Shown one piece after another: positions 54,901-64,000 of a stretch of 64,000 nucleotides of DNA. The notes beneath the pieces were generated by a model that saw only the letters and a program-made list of their open reading frames with translations, was not told the DNA's origin and did no database searches. The stretch lies in assembly GCA_030141605.1 (NCBI GenBank), contig JAQGDQ010000237.1, positions 124,001 through 188,000 of the forward strand. Reading direction: 5' to 3'. Every line of letters starts with the position of its first letter. Positions within the stretch are counted from its first letter, which is position 1. The position numbers were made by a program, and so were the translations under genes. The stretch is from Tubiluchus corallicola (lineage: Eukaryota; Animalia; Priapulida).

Positions 54901-55783
54901 GAAGAACGTCTTGGTCAAGTTTGTTTGACAAAGATGTCACGTGGTCGCTCAGCTGCTGAAAATGAGTGTCTAATCCAGAGAACGTCTTTTTTACTGAATC
55001 AGAGAAAGAGTTAATTAGTTCGACCGTTTCGTCAGCTTTGTCATCCACAGTTTCAACAATTGTTTCGGTACTGTCTGTCACCAGCTGTTGCAGTTCCTCT
55101 AGATGTTTCCGGTTTTTGCTTATGCCCGACTCCCTCCGATTAATAACCTCTCCGAGATTAACAACATTGCGGTTGAGATTGACAAAGCCATTACTGGTAT
55201 TGGCACCAACGTTAGACGTTTGGACATGTAAGTCGACTATTTGTTCACTCAGATCTATAAACGACTGACTCACAGCATTACCATGTTCTGAAAGTCTCAT
55301 ACTCAAACTTTTGACAGAGTCCATCTGCTTATCGTGTCGCTGAATTGCAGCGTCTTCAGACCGAGACATATTTACAGTTAACTCCTCGAGCAAATTTGCT
55401 TGTTTTTCCACGGCATTTGCCAACTCGTCTAATTTTTCTAGTACCGGTTCCTGTGTGATTTCCGCCTTCCTTGATTCTATTGCATCAAGTCGCTCAGACA
55501 ATGCATCTAGTTTCTTACCTAGATCGCTAAAAGGATTATGTTGATGAGTGTCATTAAACAAAACGCCAAGTATAGCCTTCACGATGTTCAATTCCTTTTT
55601 GCAGAGGCACTGAGACTCTGACTCATTCTCATCAGCAGGTTCTTCTAAAGAAAGGACACCAGTTCCTGATTCCATTCCGCCACCTTTTGGCGTGAAGGAG
55701 ACGTAATCGTCTGTCAGCGGCCACAACGCATTTGTCATCGATGTTGTCATCATCAGTATCACAGCTGTTAATGGTAATCGCAT
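48992..55783 (-). CDS. Secreted long coiled-coil protein with a C-terminal globular C1q domain (EMILIN/multimerin-like architecture), 3 exons, 791 aa
   Basis: Exons 53806-55783, 51202-51402 and 48992-49188 (phase 1,1; 2376 nt). Signal peptide MRLPLTAVILMMTTSMTNA and a heptad-rich body. gC1q motifs: FFSA..IVF..TTSNRGGAYDPTSGIFITPVSGYYSF, SGSNTIILHLTRGEQAYV, FSTFTGYLL*. Confidence 0.92.
51480..51682. repeat. Imperfect (TCA/TCG)n trinucleotide repeat
   Basis: Visible 3-bp periodicity in intron 1 of the C1q gene. Confidence 0.85.
52534..52985. repeat. 30-bp minisatellite, ~15 copies
   Basis: Unit CAATGACTCAAAAGGGGGTAGAAATGCAGA. Confidence 0.95.
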
Positions 55784-56624
55784 TTTGCTTTAGCGTGCAA
55801 AACAAGACAGTTTAATGAAGAACTTCAAAACAGCTACTGACTTATTTTATCAAACTCGTCAAAACAGTTTTCCAGTTATTTTCATGACAAAGTCAATTAG
55901 CAAACGTAATTACATCCAGCTTCATTGCGCTATTTTTTACGAGTTTTAGGCATAATACGAAAGTAAATTATACAAATAAAAAACACATTTATCTATAGTT
56001 ACTCTTTCAATTCCACACCATAGATGTTCAAAATTCGCACACCGATAACTGTCTCGCGCACGAATTCCCCCAAAATGTCATCAAACTTTTGAGTCATCAC
56101 ACAACGACCGAAGCGGGATGTGAGACAACTTCCTTCCTTCCTTTGGCGTTACAACGGAATTTTCAAATATATCACTTGTAGCTGCTTATCCTCATTAATT
56201 TTACTTTCTGCCCAGGCGCATGTTTTATAGAAATACAAGCTTCTATAACAAACCACATTTAATTCGCAGAAGCATTGAGTTAAGTGTTAAAACTATGAAC
56301 TTGGTTGGTTTGCGCTGTCGAAAATACCCACTTCATTGATGTTGTGTGTAACTGAAGCCAGAGGAGCGGGTTTCACTAATTTAAAGAATGAAGATCTAAT
56401 CTAATATAGCCTCAGTTTTTCATTGGGAAGTGGGAGTGTCTGCAGGATCACCCAGAACTGAGCGTCAATGAAGCAGAAGTGGGCGGGTACATAACTGAAA
56501 CTGATAGCTCAGTGCAGAGTAAAAACAGGCGTTTTTTAAGCTATTTAATGAAAAAAAGGTGCAGGCGAGCTAGCATTCTGTTCTGTATGTACTAATACAT
56601 ACAGTCTTCAAAGTTGATTATCTG

Positions 56625-56826
56625 TTGCTGATGCTGCTACCTGCGGCTACTACAGCTGTCGCTGTTCCTGCTGTTGCTGCTGCTGCTATAATTGCTTACT
56701 ACTCTTCATGTCTGTTACTGTTACAGTTGTAGCTGCTGCTAATACTTATTATTGCTTCTGTTACTGTTGCAGTTGCAGCTGCTGTCGTCGTCATCGTCGT
56801 CGTCGTCGTCGTTGTTGTTGTTGTTG

Positions 56827-56868
<42 letters not shown>

Positions 56869-56980
56869 TCGTCGTCGTCATTCATCGTTGTTGTTGTTGT
56901 TGTGGTTGCTGTTGCTGCTGTCGATGTTGTTGTGTTGCTACTGTTGTTGCTGCTGCTGCCAGAGAGACGATGACGATTAT
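56625..56980. repeat. Compound (GTT/GCT/GTC)n microsatellite
   Basis: Mixed trinucleotide runs. Confidence 0.9.
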
Positions 56981-58860
56981 GATGGAAATGTCTTTCTACG
57001 CAACCCGACATTAACTCACAGCACGCAAATGATAACTTTCACCAGTGAGAGTTAAATTTTTTCTTTATTATTCACTTCATTATTTTGGTAACCATACGCA
57101 CGGTTTTTCAGCTGTGCCTTTTCACAAATAAACAAAGAGCAGTCGAATACAAAATAAACAAAACGATTGTAAGCGATAAGGATTCAAAGGGAAGGGTGTT
57201 GAAGAAAAGGTTGTTTAACTAGTAACTTGTGTGAAATGGAAATCAAGAAATAGGATTTCTTCTGAGCCTTTAGTCAAGAAAAACAAATTTCAGCAATCAT
57301 CTGTTCAAAAAGAACGTCTATAGCACAAATGTTTGTAAATATGATTACGGTTCGAAACCAAGACTGCTCTGCCCCTATGGGCGTTCCTAAATCGAGTAAT
57401 TTCTTAAATAACTGCACCATTTCAACAAACCGTGGACAAAAAATTTCAAATATGAGAGCATCATAAATAAAAATAAACACGGAGAAAAAGTCTTAAAACC
57501 CCCTTATGAGGCACCGTAAAATGCCACGTCGATTCATGAATTTGGTGAGTATTATCTTGTTTTGCAAAGTAGCCATCCGTTTTAACTTTGCTTATTTATG
57601 CAAATCAGTAAGGATTATTGCTTATTTGGACATGCTAATTTAGATAACAGTTTCCGGATGGGAAGTAATTCGTGTGAAAAAATTTAATTTTCGTCTTCCA
57701 ATAGACAGGAACGACTAACTTGCTTTCATGAACTTTGCGACCGCGACTCATTGCTTAGTACTGCTGGGCGATCTGGTCTCTCAAGCCAAACCAGCACTGA
57801 AGAGACTAGAGATGTGGCATATTTTAACTCCATAATATGTCAAAATATTATCTTTTCTTTCCGTCGGAACGGGTTCTGCAAACTTGCAAGTGTCAAAGTT
57901 GTACAGTAGATGATTGAAGTGGGCATATAAGTCCTTTCCTTGTTTTTGCTCAGAGAAAGAGACTTGAATAAACACATACAACTCGCAAGAGATGTAAACC
58001 GATACGATTTGTATAATGTGATCCAAGTTGCTAAACGTAAAACAGGTGGACAGCGGGGTACAATTTATAACTCACAAACGCCAAAATAAGTCTTTAGTGG
58101 CCAATAAACAAAGCTGCTGGTTCCCAGGAACTTTCCTGTTTATTAGTCAATAAATCACCGATCAAGTAATTTTCGCAAATTTATCACCAAACAAGTTAAC
58201 CTGTTTGTTTTCTTTACCTTCTGGGAACGTAACTAATTGACATTGTGTTACTTGAGAGAAGCTTTCAACAAGGATTTCTGAGTGGCAGCATTAAATTTTG
58301 TTTGCCTTATTCAGCAGAATTTAAGCAGAACTGCGTAATTCTTGGAAAAGCAATGCGGTCGTGCAGTAGAATTGTTTCATTTTTGCCGCTAAATTGTTAT
58401 ATGGCTGTTGCATTAGCGACATCTAGCGTGCAAAATAAAAATACATTTTAATCGCAAGTTCACAAGAACTGTTGAATCATACTTAAAACGATTTTTTCAA
58501 GAATGCACCTCAGCCATCTAGCGTTGAGTCTTTTAGTTTTTTGTTCGTTGTTAAGCATATAATTTCAGGTATTCAAAAATCTTATATAAAAATCACAAGA
58601 AATACAAGAAATGCATGCGTAGGTTACTGCGCGGCATGATAGGCCCACTGACGATCTATACCAGTTTCTGATTTGCTTCATTTTTAGTATTTCAACTCAT
58701 TCACACTATTGTTATTAATTTATAAGGCGTAAATCTTCTCAGCTGTTAGTACCAGATATATGCTTCCATATATATCCTCTTATACTCTCATATTTCGGCT
58801 TTTGTGACTACTTTATTAAACAGGCTAATTATGTGATTTCTATACCACGATTGAAAATGC

Positions 58861-58872
58861 GTTACTATTGTT

Positions 58873-58929
<57 letters not shown>

Positions 58930-58968
58930 ATCATTATCATTATCATTATCATTATCATTATCATTATC

Positions 58969-59007
<39 letters not shown>
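58861..59007. repeat. (GTT)n-(ATCATT)n microsatellite
   Basis: Direct reading. Confidence 0.95.
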
Positions 59008-59008
<1 letters not shown>

Positions 59009-59413
59009 AAATTATGGACACCAGTTTATAGGTTATAATTTTAGTGTAAGTTCTATCATTACGAAAGACTCAGCCAGTTACGCGGCGACATCTGTTATCA
59101 AAATGAGGAAGGATAAATTACGTGATGTGAGACTTAGAGCGAATATCAGTAGGAAGTTTCAATAACAATAACAACATAAATAACTACTTCCAGAAAGGTA
59201 CAAGCATTTTTTTACAATCACCGATTTTTCTTCTACAATTTGATTTTCACTAAATACTTTTAGGGTAAATGTAAAAATGCATAGGACTCTTATTATACGA
59301 CTCACAATACGCTAAACAATACGCTAATCGCGTTGGTACTTTGTTAACAGCGCACCCTTTTGGGAAGAACTCGCTTCAGCTTTACCATGAACAGAAAGAA
59401 TATAAATGATATT

Positions 59414-59602
<189 letters not shown>

Positions 59603-60211
59603 CGTCTTTAAAAACTGATTAGCAAACCGTTTGCTTTTTCCCAGTATTAGATTAAGATTAGTATTATTTCAAACAACCCTTAGTCAAATTTATACTTTTT
59701 AATAGTATGAGAATCTCTCAATCTAGACTCTCAAATAGATTTCAAGAAGTTATGTTTACTATGTAATTGAAGGTTAAATTCTTTCATTTTATTACCTGTA
59801 AAGATGTTTTTTACATTTTTATAAACCAACGAAAACATTTTTTAGTTAGATCAGGACAAAGTGAAAAGTTAAGCTATAACTTTATTCATTGGTATCCTAC
59901 ACCAATTGATCCTATTCGTTTCTCGGACTTCTTCATGTCAGGGTCGTTCATTCATTGGCCTGGCAGTTTACTTGATGTACAGCGAAGGTTAGGATTAGAG
60001 ATCTAGATTTGAGCCCAACATTTTGTCACAATGGTTCATATTTTCGGAGACGTCTTTTGATGGAAAACCAGTGCGATTTGCAACTAACGGACTGTGCGGC
60101 CACTGAAACGGAAATTCAGTATGAGAAATCACCGCATAGGCTCAGGAACATTGTCCATTGGACTAAAAGATCTCGAAATTTCGATTTAGTTTCTGTAAAT
60201 TTGGAGATAAT

Positions 60212-61497
60212 AAGTCGGAATTTCGAGTCACTAAGTCGAAATTTGTGTTCCTAAGTCGGAATTTCGAGTCACTAAGTCGAAATTTGAGTTCCTAAGTCGG
60301 AACTTCGAGTCACTAAGTCGAAATTTGAGTTCCTAAGTCGGAATTTCGAGTCAGTAAGTCGAAATTTGAGTTCCTAAGTCGGAATTTCGAGTCACTAAGT
60401 CGAAATTTGTGTTCCTAAGTCGGAATTTCGAGTCACTAAGTCGAAATTTGTGTTCCTAAGTCGGAATTTCGAGTCACTAAGTCGAAATTTGTGTTCCTAA
60501 GTCGGAATTTCGAGTCATTAAGTCGAAATTTGTGTTCCTAAGTCGGAATTTCGAGTCACCAAGTCGAAATTTTAGTTCCTAAGTCGGAATTTCGAGTCAC
60601 CAAGTCGAAATTTTAGTTCCTAAGTCGGAATTTCGAGTCACTAAGTCGAAATTTGAGTTCCTAAGTCGGAATTTCGAGTCACTAAATCGAAATTTGAGTT
60701 CCTAAGTCGGAATTTCGAGTCACTAAGTCGAAATTTGTGTTCCAAAGTCGGAATTTCGAGTCACTAAGTCGAAATTTGAGTTCCTAAGTCGGAATTTCGA
60801 GTCACTAAGTCAAAATTTGAGTTCCTAAGTCGGAATTTCGAGTCACTAAGTCGAAATTTGTGTTCAAGTCGGAATTTCGAGTCACTAAGTCGAAATTTGA
60901 GTTCCTAAGTCGGAATTTCGAGTCACTAAGTCGAAATTTGTGTTCCTAAGTCGGAATTTCGAGTCACTAAGTCAAAATTTGAGTTCCTAAGTCGGAATTT
61001 CGAGTCACTAAGTCGAAATTTGTGTTCCTAAGTCGGAATTTCGAGTCACTAAGTCGAAATTTGAGTTCCTAAGTCGGAATTTCGAGTCACTAAGTCGAAA
61101 TTTGAGTTCCTAAGTCGGAATTTCGAGTCACTAAGTCGAAATTTGAGTTCCTAAGTCGGAATTTCAAGTCACTAAGTCGAAATTTGAGTTCCTAAGTCGG
61201 AATTTCGAGTCACTAAGTCAAAATCTGAGTTCCTAAGTCGGAATTTCGAGTCACTAAGTCGAAATTTGTGTTCCAAAGTCGGAATTTCGAGTCACTAAGT
61301 CGAAATTTGAGTTCCTAAGTCGGAATTTCGAGCCACTAAGTCGAAATTTGTGTTCCAAAGTCGGAATTTCGAGTCACTAAGTCGAAATTTGAGTTCCTAA
61401 GTCGGAATTTCGAGTCACTAAGTCGAAATTTGTGTTCCAAAGTCGGAATTTCGAGTCACTAAGTCGAAATTTGAGTTCCTAAGTCGGAATTTCGAGT
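60212..61497. repeat. 41-bp (21+20 dimeric) tandem array, ~31 copies
   Basis: Unit AAGTCGGAATTTCGAGTCACT-AAGTCGAAATTTG(A/T)GTTCCT. Confidence 0.97.
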
Positions 61498-62817
61498 TAA
61501 TACATTTATTTTTTACTTTTACTATGTCCCTAACAAGCCACCGTAATTTCAATTAACTAGTTGTAAATGCTATCACTGCTCAATAGATAAACGGAAGTGG
61601 TGCTGACAAGCCACTGGCGTAGCAGTGTCTAGTTTTTTGTTGGATTACTGCTGCGTTTACCTGTCTGAAGGCAGATTTCTTTTATTTTAGAATTCTGCCT
61701 GCCCAATGTCTACAATAGACGTGATGGGCGTATGATGATGATGAATAGATAAACACCAATTCTTACCTTACAAAATTTAGAAGTAGCCTCAGGTAGGCCT
61801 ACACCAATTGGGAAAAAAGTTCGCTTTAGTTCTTTCTTTATTAAGACTCTCATGGCAGGCAAAATTTTGTTTTGACTATTTGACCATCACGTGATTTAAG
61901 GCGGCGTGTCTTGTCAAATTATTAAGTTAAAAAGCTCTTAATTCACAGTTCGCTTTCTGGCAGTTGACAAAGGTAAAATTTATAACTTACAAGGACAGCA
62001 AAAATACCGAGTTTTCAATTCTTTGGGATTCGGTTCGGGGTTTCTATATTCTTGGGAACTCTGCGAATCCTTTGGGTATTAAAATAGCTGGAAGCGCAAA
62101 AAATACACTGTTTTGTTGACACAGCTTGCTGACTCATGCTGTATAAGGGATAATATAATACCTCTAACTTTTCAAGTGGGAATGTTCACTATAGAGGATG
62201 GCCAGGCTACTTTTATTCTAGGGGTAAAGCGAAGTTCGTTCGGAAGCATAAACAGTTACAGATAAACAATAAATTTTGACGTTGACTTTATGGCTTAACA
62301 GAAATTACAAGTGACACCTGTTTTTGTACTTAAGCTTAATGCTTGTCTCAGTAGTTTAATAGCCCAGAAAAATTTGTCACAAGACCGGAAGAAACAACGC
62401 CCGTCCGAAAAATCTTCCGAGTGTTTGAATACTATATATATATGCGGGCGGATCGCGTTTGCGGAAAAGGGGGTTTTTACTTAGAACGCGCGATAAAACA
62501 AAACCAAATTTTGGATAATATTTATACAAAACGCCTTCACAGTATACGCAAATGAATAAAAACTTGTTTCCTAGAAGTCAAAAAATTATGAAATAAACAT
62601 TCGACAGCGTCGTGTTATTTTAGCCTTGATTTATTAATTCTGCATCCGGTCTAACTTAACTTCCGACCTTCAGTCATACGGGCCTCTAGCTGACTATTTA
62701 CAAGGCACCTGGATAGATTATTACCCTGCTGGTTCTGTGCGTTTAAAGTCTAGCCGGTTTGAGTTCAGTTTTCCTGGATCTTGTACTTTTCAATTTAGAA
62801 AAAAAGCAGCATTAACC

Positions 62818-62859
62818 ATGAGTCTTAGAAGTTTAATGAGGGCTGTCCCAGCCTCAAAG
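62818..62859 (+). CDS. Possible first or internal coding exon of a gene running off the window (MSLRSLMRAVPASK)
   Basis: ACCATG start context and a strong AAG|GTAAGA donor, with an upstream TTTTCAATTTAG acceptor. The Arg/Ser-rich, acid-free peptide resembles a mitochondrial presequence. No downstream exon confirmed. Confidence 0.3.
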
Positions 62860-63355
62860 GTAAGATTCAAATATTTTTTTATTTACGTTTACGCCTGTAA
62901 GTATGAATTTTTACTTCTATTGTAAGGCATAGTCAGGAAACATGTCAATTTTAATTTTAAACGTTACACTGTAGATCTATATTTAAGCAAAAAACTTTTG
63001 GATAAAACTGAAATTTCTTAAGAATTTTTGTGTAAATTTGGTGGACTTACTTGCATATTGTATGCACGAAAAAAACGCTAAAAATGATGGGCTTACTTGC
63101 ATATAGTATGTATGCGCGAAACGCCAAAAAATGACAGCCACGCACGTCTGTCATTCATTCTTTAATAAAATTAAATTAGCTGCTAAACCTTTAATGTTCT
63201 TCTTGTTGCTACTGTCTGCATGATTTTTCTATGTTGCGAAGTGTTTAATTGGTATATCCTTTGAAATTTAACAGCCATTAATGACGTTGAATCCCTGAAC
63301 TAGATCGCATTATTGTTTTTACTATTGTCACACACAATATCCTTGACACCTCCTT

Positions 63356-63358
<3 letters not shown>

Positions 63359-63409
<51 letters not shown>

Positions 63410-63497
63410 CTCTCTCGCTCTTTTTCTCTCTCTCTCTCTCTCGCTCTTTTTCTCTCTCTCTCTCTCTCGCTCTTTTTCTCTCTCTCTCTCTCTCGCT

Positions 63498-63554
<57 letters not shown>

Positions 63555-63561
63555 CTCTCTC
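63359..63561. repeat. (CT)n microsatellite
   Basis: Direct reading. Confidence 0.97.
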
Positions 63562-64000
63562 CCCCTCGGCATGTGCATTTTTTGCAATAATGGCGATTAT
63601 ATTGACTGTAGTGGAAAAAATTCATAGTGCACTCTATAGAGCCAATAGAATAGCCGCTTTAAGTAGGTCAAGGTGTTATGTGCACTCCAGTGCTCAGTTA
63701 TATTAGGCCCAGAAACGCGAGTGGGTCAATCTTTCGTCAGTCAGATATTCATAAATTAAACACAAACGATTCAAAACAAATATTGATATACTGGGTGCAA
63801 TTGATAAAAATGATTTTCATCGTGGTGCTGTGCACGTACCATTTTGCCAAATCCCTTTCTGTCGTTCAACTATTAGAAAAAATCTCGCTAATAATTTGCA
63901 CAAAGCCTAACATTTTAGCACTGAGGATTTCTATGTTTCGAGGTGGCTAAATATGAGCATTACATGTATTATTATTAATTTACGGCATTTTTATTTAGTT

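Noticed and set aside
60212-61497. 41-bp array as CRISPR or telomeric repeat
   Set aside because: No unique spacers and not a TTAGG(G)-type unit.

Overview
AT-rich, intron-containing animal genomic DNA; a lophotrochozoan-like invertebrate is my inference from protein style and repeat families. All gene models were assembled by hand from GT..AG sites and checked for phase continuity. They are: an intronless kinesin-13 (KIF2-type, 1873-4098 +); a 4-exon SCOC/UNC-69 (8105-12614 +); a 5-exon Jupiter/HN1 (JPT) microtubule-associated protein (20871-29990 -); and a tandem Jupiter paralog immediately upstream (at least 4 exons, 30996-34037 -). Further on are an orphan ~840-aa low-complexity gene (38894-45779 +) and a 3-exon secreted coiled-coil + C1q protein (48992-55783 -). 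The rest is decayed LINEs (RT, CR1, RTE), a 5S-rRNA-headed SINE with a TSD, several MITE families and many tandem repeats. The best candidate for something undescribed is the Jupiter locus. The paralog's last exon has expanded the single PPGG motif into about 8 tandem 28-aa repeats, with fossil repeat sequence beyond a frameshift. A candidate alternative last exon (18639-18835) would replace PPGG with an Mn-like motif (TSYNSDY) and a C-terminal CC.
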